A stretch of DNA of 34,078 bases from a bacterium (GCA_947502965.1 CANNCG010000001.1:1-34078); one strand, 5' to 3'. Shown: positions 1-8,953, counted from the first letter of the stretch. The notes: a model not told the origin generated them from the sequence alone. Numbers and translations are program-made.

Positions 1-2
1 AT

Positions 3-131
3 GGTGGAAAAAAATATTTAGAAGTGTTCAATAGTGAAAAAAATGGGGAAAAATTCCTGGTGACTGAGATAGATGATTTGTATCAGCATAAAGATAAAAT
101 AATTTCTTCCCTTCAGACATATCTTTCATAA
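3..131 (+). CDS. 3' end of an unidentified CDS entering from the left window edge
   Basis: Frame 3 is open from the first bases to TAA at 129-131 (...EVFNSEKNGEKFLVTEIDDLYQHKDKIISSLQTYLS*). No family is recognisable from this fragment. Confidence 0.25.
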   Translation, partial: GGKKYLEVFNSEKNGEKFLVTEIDDLYQHKDKIISSLQTYLS

Positions 132-162
132 GGTTTTGATCTAAAAACATAGCCATTTAATA

Positions 163-1041
163 ATGCACAAGAAAAAACTTCCTCCAGCACCCAATAACAC
201 CTTCAATGACTTCCTGCTCTACACCACGCCCAATGGGAAGGTGAAGATCGAAATATTCCTCCACAATGAAACCATCTGGCTGACGCAGGAAAAAATCTCC
301 CAGCTGTTTGGGGTCGATAGAACGGTGGTCACCAAGCACCTCAAAAATATCTTCAAAAACAACGAACTCCAGGAAGATTCAGTATGTGCAAAAATTGCAC
401 GTACTGCCACCGATGGCAAAAAATATCCGACAAAATACTACAACCTCGACGCCATCATATCCGTCGGCTATCGGGTCAACTCCACCCAGGCGACACAATT
501 TAGAATATGGGCAACAGAGCGGCTCAAAGAATACATTATCAAAGGGTTTACCATGGATGATGAGCGGCTAAAAAATCCCGACAACATCTTTGGAAAAGAT
601 TATTTTGATGAACAGCTTGAACGCATTCGGGATATCCGATCTAGCGAACGCCGGTTTTATCAGAAAATAACGGACATTCATGCCCAGTGTAGTTCGGATT
701 ACGACAAAAACAGCGAAGCAACACAGGCATTCTTCGCGACAGTACAAAATAAACTCCATTGGGCGATTTCCAGAAAAACCGCCGCAGAAATCATTGTTTC
801 CCGAGCAAATGCCAACAAAGACACCATGGGGCTAACCACATGGAAAAATGCACCGGCGGGCAATATCCGTAAGACGGATGTTAGTATTGCTAAAAATTAT
901 CTCAATGAAGATGAAATGGATCATCTGAACCGCATCGTGAGCATGTATCTGGACTATGCAGAGCTACAGGCAAAGAATAGTATGCGCAGTACAGAATTAT
1001 TCAAGACAGACGCATGGCGTCAGATTTTGATCAGCATATAA
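163..1041 (+). CDS. RhuM-family protein, 3' end apparently disrupted
   Basis: Family-typical blocks: YNLDAIISVGYRVNSTQATQFRIWATERLKEYIIKGFTMDDERLKN, ERIRDIRSSERRFYQKITDI and IAKNYLNEDEM...LDYAELQAK. The ORF stops about 20 codons after LDYAELQAK. The family's C-terminal motif (YRIIQDR..SDFD) is readable in another frame at 981-1073. Confidence 0.7.
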   Translation: MHKKKLPPAPNNTFNDFLLYTTPNGKVKIEIFLHNETIWLTQEKISQLFGVDRTVVTKHLKNIFKNNELQEDSVCAKIARTATDGKKYPTKYYNLDAIISVGYRVNSTQATQFRIWATERLKEYIIKGFTMDDERLKNPDNIFGKDYFDEQLERIRDIRSSERRFYQKITDIHAQCSSDYDKNSEATQAFFATVQNKLHWAISRKTAAEIIVSRANANKDTMGLTTWKNAPAGNIRKTDVSIAKNYLNEDEMDHLNRIVSMYLDYAELQAKNSMRSTELFKTDAWRQILISI

Positions 1042-1091
1042 AAGACCTGATAGCGAATGGGGATTCCCAATAAGTAACCCCGCGTCACTAG

Positions 1092-1241
1092 AAAAACGAC
1101 ACGTTGACGAAGCCCACCCACCACAGGGCCCGCTTCTGGAAACTTCTCGATGAAAAATATACCAACTGGGAAAAGGTCAAAGAAAGGCTTGCCATAATCG
1201 GCGCGGATGTTGGTCAGTGGGCGCTTGTCCCCGCATACTAA
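1092..1241 (+). pseudogene. Possible remnant of the nucleotidyltransferase half of a manC/cpsB-type mannose-1-phosphate guanylyltransferase
   Basis: Frame-3 fragment ...ARFWKLLDEKYTNWEKVKERLAIIGADVGQWALVPAY* resembles ManC segments (ASRYLEELRKF... and ...DAGWSDVGSWSSL). It is shortened, has no start codon and is out of frame with the downstream cupin ORF. Confidence 0.3.
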
Positions 1242-1347
1242 ACCCTACACATTCCCCAACCCATCCGGTATACTAAAACCCTTTGGAGACAGCGGTCCAT
1301 TTTCATCACGGCGCTTTTGCACAATGTGCCATCACAGGAGTTATTGG

Positions 1348-1689
1348 GTGACACGATCTACACCCCCTTGGGGATATTGGGAAGTTTTACTAGACGAGAG
1401 CTACTGCAAAGTAAAGCGCGTCGCCGTCATGCCCGGACACCGTCTTAGCTATCAAAAACACTTCAAACGCTATGAAACCTGGGTCATCGTAGCCGGAACG
1501 GCAACCGTCACACTCAATGGCATCTCGAGCCAACACCACGTAGGCGAAGTCGTACGCATCCCCATCGAAGCCGAGCACCGGGTTGCCAACCAAGGCACAG
1601 AACCCCTCATTTTGATCGAAGTCCAACAAGGGATTTATTTCGGAGAAGATGACATCGTCCGACTCGAAGACGACTACGCCAGATCGTGA
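1348..1689 (+). CDS. Stand-alone cupin, phosphomannose isomerase type II (ManC C-terminal) family
   Basis: PWGYWEVLLDESYCKVKRVAVMPGHRLSYQKHFKRYETWVIVAGTATV...EVQQGIYFGEDDIVRLEDDYAR matches the ManC C-terminal cupin pattern. AGGAG lies 7 nt before the in-frame GTG at 1348; the alternative start is ATG 1324. The stop overlaps the rfbD GTG. Confidence 0.7.
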   Translation: MTRSTPPWGYWEVLLDESYCKVKRVAVMPGHRLSYQKHFKRYETWVIVAGTATVTLNGISSQHHVGEVVRIPIEAEHRVANQGTEPLILIEVQQGIYFGEDDIVRLEDDYARS

Positions 1690-2552
1690 AACTGCTCATC
1701 ATCGGCACCGGTCTCATGGGAACGTCATTCAAAACGTTGTATCCGGAGGCCACTATACTGGGCGAACAGGACCTGGACATCACCCAGCCCGAGAGATTTC
1801 CAGCCGTCATAGATCCCATCGCACCAGATATGATCATCAACTGTGCCGCCTACACCCATGTCGACAAAGCCGAAACAGAGCCGGATAAAACCAATCTCAT
1901 TAACGGCACGGCAGTCGGTTATCTCGCGGCTTATGCCGCTTCACGTGACATCATTTTGGTTCATTTTTCAACCGATTATATCTTTGATGGCCAAGGCAGC
2001 CAGCCCTATGTGGAAGACGATGTCCCCTCCCCTATAAATGCCTATGGCTATTCCAAATGGCTCGGGGAAGTGGCCTTGGCCAAACATGGCAAAAATACCT
2101 ATATGTTTCGTATCCAGTGGATTTACGGAAAAAATGGGGGGAATTTTGTCGAAGCCATCCGAAAAAAAGCAAGGGAAACAGGCCATCTCGATGTCGTGAA
2201 TGACCAATGGGGAAGTCCCACGTGGAGTCTGGATCTGGCCCAAAAAATCGGGTATTTTCTACAACTATCCGCCACCAAAACCACAGAACGCCCTCCCTTC
2301 GGCATTTACCATGTTGCGGCAACAGGACAAACCAACTGGCATGACTTTGCCCGAGAAATCCTCGCACAAACAGGCATTGGGGCATCCCTATCTGCCATCT
2401 CATCTGAAGCCATGCCCAGACCTGCGAAACGCCCCACAAATGGGCGTCTCAACTGCGCCAAATTCGCCCAATATGCAGCCCTCCCCATGCCTTGGCAAGA
2501 CGGCTTACGCCACTATCTCAGGAGTCTTGCCCAAGACAGTCAAGAGGCATGA
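1686..2552 (+). CDS. rfbD: dTDP-4-dehydrorhamnose reductase
   Basis: N-terminal Rossmann GTGLMG, AAYTHVDKAETEPD, the YxxxK motif (NAYGYSKWLGE), and the length expected for RmlD. Confidence 0.85.
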   Translation: MKLLIIGTGLMGTSFKTLYPEATILGEQDLDITQPERFPAVIDPIAPDMIINCAAYTHVDKAETEPDKTNLINGTAVGYLAAYAASRDIILVHFSTDYIFDGQGSQPYVEDDVPSPINAYGYSKWLGEVALAKHGKNTYMFRIQWIYGKNGGNFVEAIRKKARETGHLDVVNDQWGSPTWSLDLAQKIGYFLQLSATKTTERPPFGIYHVAATGQTNWHDFAREILAQTGIGASLSAISSEAMPRPAKRPTNGRLNCAKFAQYAALPMPWQDGLRHYLRSLAQDSQEA

Positions 2553-3364
2553 CGTCTCTCAAAATCGCATTGATTCAATTTAATGCAAATGCCGATAAAA
2601 CAGACAATCTCAAGCGCGCTTTAAGCTATGCCCATCAGGCCATTGAACAACGGGCAAAGTTCATCTTGTTTCCCGAAAGCTTTAACCAACGTGGCACGCA
2701 TGCGGTCATGCGCAACGGTGCAGAAAGCATCCCCAATGGGCTCTCTGTCGCGCCCTTCATGGCCTTGGCCAAAGCCAAACGTGTCAGTATTCTGATTAAT
2801 TTTTGCCAAACACCCACAGATCCCACAGACAAGCTTTTGAATACCAGTCTCCTGATGCACCATGATGGCCGTATCGCCGCAGCGTACAACAAAATCCATC
2901 TCTTTGATGTGGACATTGCAGAGAAAAAGTTTCGAGAAAGCGACCTCTTCCTCTCTGGCACAACACCCGTCCTCACCACCGTTTCGGGTGTCAGTGTGGG
3001 CCTCTCTATTTGCTATGATCTGCGGTTTCCAGAGCTCTACAGACATTACGCCCAACACGGGGCAAAGATTCTCTGCATCCCTGCGTCATTTACAGCGCCC
3101 ACAGGCAAAGCCCATTGGGAGATATTGTTACGCGCACGTGCCATCGAAAATCAGTGTTTCGTACTCGCGCCCGCCCAAACAGGTCCAGGTGCAAACGGGG
3201 TACAAACCTACGGACATAGTATGGCCATAGACCCTTGGGGAAACATTCTCTGCGAAGGCAGTGAAGCGCAAGAAGACGTTCTCATCGCTAATTTGGATTT
3301 CCATGCCCAGGATCTCTTGCGCCGTCAGTTTCCGGTGTTGCAGCATACCAAAAGCTCTTTTTGA
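2549..3364 (+). CDS. Carbon-nitrogen hydrolase family protein (Nit/omega-amidase-like)
   Basis: E-K-C triad context: FPESF, YNKIHLFD and SICYDLRFPELYR. The ATG at 2549 overlaps the rfbD stop (ATGA). The longer ORF from 2492 has an implausible N-terminus. Confidence 0.8.
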   Translation: MTSLKIALIQFNANADKTDNLKRALSYAHQAIEQRAKFILFPESFNQRGTHAVMRNGAESIPNGLSVAPFMALAKAKRVSILINFCQTPTDPTDKLLNTSLLMHHDGRIAAAYNKIHLFDVDIAEKKFRESDLFLSGTTPVLTTVSGVSVGLSICYDLRFPELYRHYAQHGAKILCIPASFTAPTGKAHWEILLRARAIENQCFVLAPAQTGPGANGVQTYGHSMAIDPWGNILCEGSEAQEDVLIANLDFHAQDLLRRQFPVLQHTKSSF

Positions 3365-3406
3365 AGCTATTTTTCTTGGTGTTACCAAGAAAAATAGCTT
3401 CTTTTT
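3363..3406. terminator. Bidirectional rho-independent terminator between convergent genes
   Basis: Perfect 18-bp stem GAAGCTATTTTTCTTGGT / ACCAAGAAAAATAGCTTC with a 3-nt loop, followed by TTTTT. It lies between the hydrolase stop and the esterase stop. Confidence 0.7.
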
Positions 3407-4151
3407 ACCGCCCATCCTCCCTCCAAGTTCTCAAAACCCCTCTAAAAAATTCAGGGAAATTGGGCGGATAGACATGAAACGAATTGGGAAAGACATGTAG
3501 CTTTGTTGCGATCCCATTCTCTTTTAGCCGACGGTGAAACCCGGTCAAAGACGCTTCCGTCATATCCCCATAACCTGTGACCAAATAAAAATGAGACTGT
3601 CGGTACAGGTCTTTAGAAAGCCCTTCCTCAAAAATGGGGGTAGTTAAGCTGTTATAAAACCCATACAAACACATCACACGGGGGAACACCTCAGGGTATT
3701 TCAGCCCCAGTTCAATGGCATAATTTCCGCCACGTGAAAAACCGGCCACATAAACACGAGAGGGATCTACCCCATAACGGTTTACCATCTGGTCTCGCAA
3801 TTCACGGATACGCGCACGATCATCCACGGGTTCTCTGGTATACCCATGTTCATACGCATTGCCAGAAGGCACCAATACGATCAGATTCAGCCGCTCCGCA
3901 ACAGGCTGCCAAACCATCAGCGCATCCTCGGGCATTTGCCGAAGTCCGTGCAGCGCGATCACGAGCCCTCTATCGCCAAAAGAAACATCATAGCCTTCTG
4001 GCCAATAAATGCGCCCCGTAGCACCAGAAGGCAACGCCAGTCTATCGGGTACCGCCTCACCACTGAGCCCGACCAAAAGCCCGCCCAATAAAATCAAAAC
4101 GAGACTAAGAAACGTATACGTTATTCTGCGTCTGGTGCGGCTAGCGACCAT
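3405..4151 (-). CDS. Alpha/beta-hydrolase esterase (phospholipase/carboxylesterase or PHB-depolymerase-like), membrane-anchored or secreted
   Basis: N-terminal hydrophobic segment, nucleophile elbow VAGFSRGG, and an alpha/beta-fold sized product. Confidence 0.65.
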   Translation of the reverse strand: MVASRTRRRITYTFLSLVLILLGGLLVGLSGEAVPDRLALPSGATGRIYWPEGYDVSFGDRGLVIALHGLRQMPEDALMVWQPVAERLNLIVLVPSGNAYEHGYTREPVDDRARIRELRDQMVNRYGVDPSRVYVAGFSRGGNYAIELGLKYPEVFPRVMCLYGFYNSLTTPIFEEGLSKDLYRQSHFYLVTGYGDMTEASLTGFHRRLKENGIATKLHVFPNSFHVYPPNFPEFFRGVLRTWREDGR

Positions 4152-4651
4152 TCAAATACCCGTTCTTCAAGTTCAAAGATAGACAAACGCAAGGCCTTTG
4201 GAAAATGAGAAACAGTAAAGGTGAGTGTCCCTACTTTATTATATTCATCTTCGTCACGCAGATCCCACTCTACAGGCGAATAAGGGGTATCCTCCTCATC
4301 CAGCAACATGGTGGTTTCCAAGGGATTCATCCCCACACTTTCACTGTTTTGATATGAGGATAAGGTCACCACAAACTGAACTTGTTCATCAGAGACATGA
4401 ACCGGCTCCACTTCTATTTTCAGTTCATTTTCCACAGACACTTTTTTGGGTAAACGCACAGGATCCTTTTTTTTTAGCTCAAGACCTGCCACTTCTTGGT
4501 CCATATGTGCACCCTTTACGCCACCCGTATTCTGAGACAAAGAAGGCACTCCCAAAAAATAGGCCACGACTAACAATAGGACTGAGAGTCCACCAGCAAT
4601 GACCGTTATAAACCGACGTTTGTTTTTCAGGACTGCCATTTGATAGAGCAT
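4121..4651 (-). CDS. Hypothetical membrane-anchored protein
   Basis: One N-terminal TM helix (FITVIAGGLSVLLLVVAYFLGV) and an acidic beta-rich ectodomain. It overlaps both neighbours in the same operon. No family recognised. Confidence 0.5.
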   Translation of the reverse strand: MLYQMAVLKNKRRFITVIAGGLSVLLLVVAYFLGVPSLSQNTGGVKGAHMDQEVAGLELKKKDPVRLPKKVSVENELKIEVEPVHVSDEQVQFVVTLSSYQNSESVGMNPLETTMLLDEEDTPYSPVEWDLRDEDEYNKVGTLTFTVSHFPKALRLSIFELEERVFEWSLAAPDAE

Positions 4652-5178
4652 CCCATCGTGGCGTACTGCGTGGTGAGAGACGGCTCCCCCTCGATCAACG
4701 CATGAACCGCCATCTGTAATTCTTTGCGAGAAACATCGGCTTCGGACTTCCAGTTGTCATCCAAACGTCCGTGGTAAAACAAACGCCCCTCACCATCTAA
4801 CAAATAGATATCAGGCGTACACTGCGCCTGATACGCCCTCGCCACAGACTGGGTTTCGTCTACCAGATAGGGGAATAGGATTCCCCACTGATGGCTTTTT
4901 TCACGCATGCGGTCCGGCGAATCTTCGGGATAATTGGGATGGATATTGGGGTTGATGGCAACCGTGGCAACGCCCTCTTCTTCGGCCCAAGCCGCGAATC
5001 GGATCAGACGTGGCCATATCGCCAAAGCATAGGGACAATGATTACACGTAAACACTACCAACAAGCCCTTTTTTCCCATAAGCGATTTTTGGGTATACCG
5101 CTTTCCGTCAGGCGTAGCGAGTTCAAAATCAGGCATCATTTGCCCCATTTCCAGGGCCACAGATTCCACAAGCGCCAC
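4627..5178 (-). CDS. Thioredoxin-fold protein (redoxin/AhpC-TSA-like)
   Basis: LLVVFTCNHCPYALAIWPRL CxxC context, with the length and C-terminal GCSIKW typical of the ~180-aa thioredoxin-family group. Confidence 0.75.
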   Translation of the reverse strand: MALVESVALEMGQMMPDFELATPDGKRYTQKSLMGKKGLLVVFTCNHCPYALAIWPRLIRFAAWAEEEGVATVAINPNIHPNYPEDSPDRMREKSHQWGILFPYLVDETQSVARAYQAQCTPDIYLLDGEGRLFYHGRLDDNWKSEADVSRKELQMAVHALIEGEPSLTTQYATMGCSIKWQS

Positions 5179-5248
5179 GACAATCTCCTTTTCTTTATAT
5201 AGGGCTACCCCAAATAATAGTCACAGTAGGTAATCGTTACGCTACACG

Positions 5249-5336
5249 GGGGCTTGAGGGCATCAGCCCCAAAAAAACATTCTTGCGCGGCTTTGCCGCG
5301 CAAGAAAAAGGGATGCTGAAAAGGCTTCGCCCTTTC
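5249..5336. repeat. Cluster of three GC-rich stem-loops in a divergent intergenic region
   Basis: A: GGGGCTTGA-gggca-TCAGCCCC (5249-5270). B: TCTTGCGCGGC-ttt-GCCGCGCAAGA (5281-5305, perfect 11 bp). C: GAAAAGGC-ttc-GCCCTTTC (about 5318-5336, 1 mismatch). Confidence 0.5.
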
Positions 5337-5457
5337 GATCCCCCGCCCATAGCGCACCAATTATCTCCGTAGGGTAGTAGGTGATAGAACCAATGTAAAG
5401 ATCTATGCTAAAGTAACCCCCCATACCTTAGAAATTTCCCCTCAAAAAGGAGCATTT

Positions 5458-6171
5458 ATGACCCCGACATCTCCAAGTTACGCATTGCGGCCATCTGCAG
5501 AACGTGGCCACGCAGACCATGGCTGGCTCAAGGCCACCCATAGCTTTTCTTTCGCCAACTATCACGACCCAAAACACATGCATTTTCGGGCATTACGGGT
5601 ACTCAATCAGGACAAAGTGGCCCCCCATAGCGGCTTTGCCACACATCCCCATCAAGAAATGGAAATTGTCACGATTGTGCTCTCCGGCCGTCTCGAACAC
5701 AAAGACAGCACAGGCAATACCGGACAACTGGGAGCCGCCGATATTCAGGTCATGCACGCAGGCACAGGCCTCACCCATAGCGAAAAAAACCCTGGGGAAG
5801 ACTGGTTACATTTGCTCCAAATATGGCTGATACCGAAGACTAAAGGCGTCACCCCCAGCTGGGAACAAAAACAATTCGATATGACCGCCCCCCGCCATGA
5901 CGTATTCCTCTGCTCAGAACATGCGGAAAACGGCAGTTTGAAACTCTACCAAGATGCCGCTATTCGTTCCGTAGGTCTACCAGAAAACGCCGACTGGCAC
6001 TATGCCCTTAGTCCCTCACGACATGCATGGCTGCACTTGGTGTCAGGACAGATCCGCATCAATGACACACACACCCTCATCGCCGGCGACAGCATCGGCA
6101 TCTCCTATGTGGACACGGTTACCATTGTGGCCGCAGAGTCCGCACGATTTATTTGGTTCGACCTCGCGTAA
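5458..6171 (+). CDS. Pirin family protein
   Basis: [25 protein letters not shown]...[14 protein letters not shown] bicupin pattern. AAGGAG lies upstream of the ATG. Confidence 0.85.
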   Translation: MTPTSPSYALRPSAERGHADHGWLKATHSFSFANYHDPKHMHFRALRVLNQDKVAPHSGFATHPHQEMEIVTIVLSGRLEHKDSTGNTGQLGAADIQVMHAGTGLTHSEKNPGEDWLHLLQIWLIPKTKGVTPSWEQKQFDMTAPRHDVFLCSEHAENGSLKLYQDAAIRSVGLPENADWHYALSPSRHAWLHLVSGQIRINDTHTLIAGDSIGISYVDTVTIVAAESARFIWFDLA

Positions 6172-6181
6172 AGGAAATAAA

Positions 6182-7060
6182 ATGAAAGCCATTGTCTTAG
6201 CCGGAGGGTCTGGCAGCCGTCTGTATCCGCTCACCCGCGTCATCTCAAAGCAGCTGCTCCCGATCTATGACAAACCCATGATCTACTACCCCTTGTCCGT
6301 TCTCATGCTCGCAGGGATTCGTGAGGTTTTGATTATTTCAACGCCGCAAGACATTGGCCGCTTCGAGCAAGTGTTGGGGAATGGACAGCAATGGGGCATC
6401 CACCTCGAATACGCCGTACAAGACCACCCTGGAGGTATTTCACAAGCCTTTTTGGTAGGTGAGAAATTTATCAATGGCGAACCCTGCGCCCTGATTCTGG
6501 GAGACAACATTTTTTACGGACGTGGACTCAGCGGGATGCTCACAGAGGCCGTCGCGAGAAGTCATGATACCGCCACTGTGTTTGCCTATTACGTGCAAGA
6601 CCCCGAACGCTTTGGCGTCGTCAGTTTTGACGCAAACAAAAATGCCCTGGATATCGAAGAAAAACCCCAAAATCCAAAATCAAATTATGCCGTAACCGGG
6701 CTGTATTTCTACGACAACACCGTGGTCGAAAAAACCAAGGCCCTCGCCCCTTCCGCACGTGGCGAATTGGAAATCACCGATTTGAACCGACGCTATCTCA
6801 AAGAAAAAAAGCTCAAAGTGGAGCAACTAGGACGCGGGTTTGCATGGCTGGACACGGGCACACATGACAGTCTTTTAGAGGCCGGAAATTTCGTAGAAAC
6901 AATCGAAAAGCGTCAGGGATTAAAAATCGCATGCTTGGAAGAAATCGCCTACATCAAAGGATTTATCGACCAAGAGGCCCTCATCGCACTGGCAAAACCC
7001 ATGGCCAAAATTGAATATGGTCAATATTTACTCAAAATCAGTCAGGAGTCCCGTCTGTGA
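6182..7060 (+). CDS. rfbA: Glucose-1-phosphate thymidylyltransferase
   Basis: [18 protein letters not shown]..., LGDNIFYG and [21 protein letters not shown] lies before ATG 6182. The ORF-track extension back to 6002 overlaps pirin. Confidence 0.9.
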   Translation: MKAIVLAGGSGSRLYPLTRVISKQLLPIYDKPMIYYPLSVLMLAGIREVLIISTPQDIGRFEQVLGNGQQWGIHLEYAVQDHPGGISQAFLVGEKFINGEPCALILGDNIFYGRGLSGMLTEAVARSHDTATVFAYYVQDPERFGVVSFDANKNALDIEEKPQNPKSNYAVTGLYFYDNTVVEKTKALAPSARGELEITDLNRRYLKEKKLKVEQLGRGFAWLDTGTHDSLLEAGNFVETIEKRQGLKIACLEEIAYIKGFIDQEALIALAKPMAKIEYGQYLLKISQESRL

Positions 7061-8091
7061 AAAACATTCTTGTCACGGGTGGCGCAGGGTTTATCGGCGC
7101 CAACTTTGTCCCCTATTTTCTCGAAAAAAACCCCGATTGCAGCATTATTACCCTAGACAAATTGACCTATGCCGGCAATCTCACGCATTTGGCAGATGTC
7201 ATCCATCACCCCAGACACAAATTCATCCAAGGGGATATTTGCAATGCAGAGATGGTGCAGCATATTTTCAAGGAATACCACATCCAAGGCGTGGTGCATT
7301 TTGCAGCAGAAAGCCATGTCGACAACTCCATTTCAGGACCCCGTGTTTTTGTTGAAACCAACGTAATGGGGACATTTGTTTTGCTCGAAACGGCCAGACA
7401 CGCATGGATGAATGGCCCTCATAAAATCAAAGACCATGCCTACTACAATCGGTTTCACCATGTCTCCACAGACGAGGTCTATGGGTCTCTTAGCCAAATA
7501 GGGGCCTTCACAGAGACAACCCCCTACGCCCCAAATTCCCCCTACAGTGCGACAAAGGCCAGCAGCGATTTCCTCGTACGAAGCTATTTCCACACCTACG
7601 GTCTGAATGTCGTGACCACCAACTGTTCCAACAACTTTGGGCCAAAACAACACAAAGAAAAACTGATTCCCACCATTATACGCAAGGCCTTGGCCAGCGA
7701 GCCCATTCCCATTTACGGCGATGGCAAAAATGTCCGCGACTGGCTCTACGTCCTAGACCACTGCGAAGCCATTGATCTGGTTTTTCATCAGGGAAAAACA
7801 GGAGAAACCTATAATATTGGTTCAGAAAATGAAGTTGAAAATCTCAAATTGGCCCAAAAAATCTGTCACATTCTAGACAGTTTACAGCCACGTACAGACG
7901 GAAACAGCTACACCTCGTTGATCACCTTTGTCCCGGATAGACCTGGGCATGACCACCGCTATGCCATCGATGCCACCAAAATTCAGGAAGCACTGGGATG
8001 GCGATCCGGCACCGCCTTTGCAGATAGCCTTCGAGATACCATTCAATGGTATCTGTCTACGCCCAACAAACCGTTAAGGACGGCAACTTAA
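7057..8091 (+). CDS. rfbB: dTDP-glucose 4,6-dehydratase
   Basis: [33 protein letters not shown] and [10 protein letters not shown]. The GTG start overlaps the rfbA stop. Confidence 0.9.
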   Translation: MKNILVTGGAGFIGANFVPYFLEKNPDCSIITLDKLTYAGNLTHLADVIHHPRHKFIQGDICNAEMVQHIFKEYHIQGVVHFAAESHVDNSISGPRVFVETNVMGTFVLLETARHAWMNGPHKIKDHAYYNRFHHVSTDEVYGSLSQIGAFTETTPYAPNSPYSATKASSDFLVRSYFHTYGLNVVTTNCSNNFGPKQHKEKLIPTIIRKALASEPIPIYGDGKNVRDWLYVLDHCEAIDLVFHQGKTGETYNIGSENEVENLKLAQKICHILDSLQPRTDGNSYTSLITFVPDRPGHDHRYAIDATKIQEALGWRSGTAFADSLRDTIQWYLSTPNKPLRTAT

Positions 8092-8886
8092 CGGTTCTTT
8101 CCGAAACCAGTACATCTCACCCCCCCTCCCCGATGCTACTTCGGTGAGTTGGGGGTACCAAACCCCCAGATTAAAATACCCCATGGTATAGCCAATGTCT
8201 GTCAAAAATTGTAGCGTATCCTGTACATCAACCCCCGCACGACGGCTCATGTCAGGATCTATTTCAATCAACAGCACAGGACGACATCTCGTCAAAAAAG
8301 ACCGTGCACCACGCAGCACATAAAGCTCATGACCCTCCACATCAATTTTGACAAATCCACCAGAAACAAAAAAATCAGCATTCCCCATGAGCACCTCATC
8401 CAAAGGCAGCATGGCGATTGTATGCGTTACCTCTTTTTTTGACACACAGGCCTCACAAATATACGAAAGCCCTACTTGAGGTACGCCCCAGGTATCCACA
8501 GGGGTCACCATCGTCGTGGATACCGACGTGTCAGAAAGGGCCTCCGACATCACCCTCACATTGGCGATACCACAATAGCCCAAAACCAACCGCAAGATCG
8601 CCCGTGTATAGGGCACTGGTTCAAAGGCCCATATTTTCCCAGAGGGCCCCACTATTTGGGACAGATTGACACTGTATTGCCCCACATTGGCCCCAATGTC
8701 CAAACAGGCATCTCCAGGAGATAGAATACGCGCCAACTCCAAAAAAACAGGCGCATCATAGGCCTCTCGCCCTAACTTTTTAGACCAATACCACCCTTGT
8801 AAACCGGCAAAACGCTCTGCCCCCAAACAGACATACACCAGCCCTTTGAGGATAGACCACAACATAGGCAGCACTGTTTTTATCAT
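8074..8886 (-). CDS. FkbM-family SAM-dependent methyltransferase
   Basis: CLDIGANVGQYSV...AFEPVP...IDVEGHE pattern. It is convergent with rfbB and overlaps it by 18 nt. Confidence 0.7.
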   Translation of the reverse strand: MIKTVLPMLWSILKGLVYVCLGAERFAGLQGWYWSKKLGREAYDAPVFLELARILSPGDACLDIGANVGQYSVNLSQIVGPSGKIWAFEPVPYTRAILRLVLGYCGIANVRVMSEALSDTSVSTTMVTPVDTWGVPQVGLSYICEACVSKKEVTHTIAMLPLDEVLMGNADFFVSGGFVKIDVEGHELYVLRGARSFLTRCRPVLLIEIDPDMSRRAGVDVQDTLQFLTDIGYTMGYFNLGVWYPQLTEVASGRGGEMYWFRKEPLSCRP

Positions 8887-8913
8887 TCCCCTACCTTATC
8901 AATTCATTTTGTA

Positions 8914-8953
8914 TTTTGATAGGCCAGAGGATAACCCCTCCGGCCTATCAAAA
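8914..8953. promoter_or_regulatory. Strong stem-loop or operator-like inverted repeat in the FkbM/bolA divergent region
   Basis: TTTTGATAGGCCaGAGG-ataacc-CCTCcGGCCTATCAAAA: 12 perfect bp plus 4 more after one mismatch. There is no flanking T-run, so it is not a classical terminator. Confidence 0.4.

Noticed and set aside
1207-1347. N-terminal extension of the cupin ORF (MLVSGRLSPHTK...)
   Set aside because: It is Pro/Ser-rich with no family resemblance apart from a few ManC-linker-like residues. An AGGAG-spaced GTG at 1348 fits the domain boundary, so the extension is treated as pseudogene remnant.
2593-2600. GCCGATAA, identical to the sigma-28 -10 consensus
   Set aside because: It lies inside the C-N hydrolase coding sequence, has no TAAA element 15 nt upstream, and no flagellar gene lies downstream.
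6002-6181. N-terminal 60-codon extension of the rfbA ORF
   Set aside because: It overlaps the 3' end of the pirin gene in another frame and has a non-RmlA-like sequence. The canonical [14 protein letters not shown] start at 6182 has AAGGA upstream.
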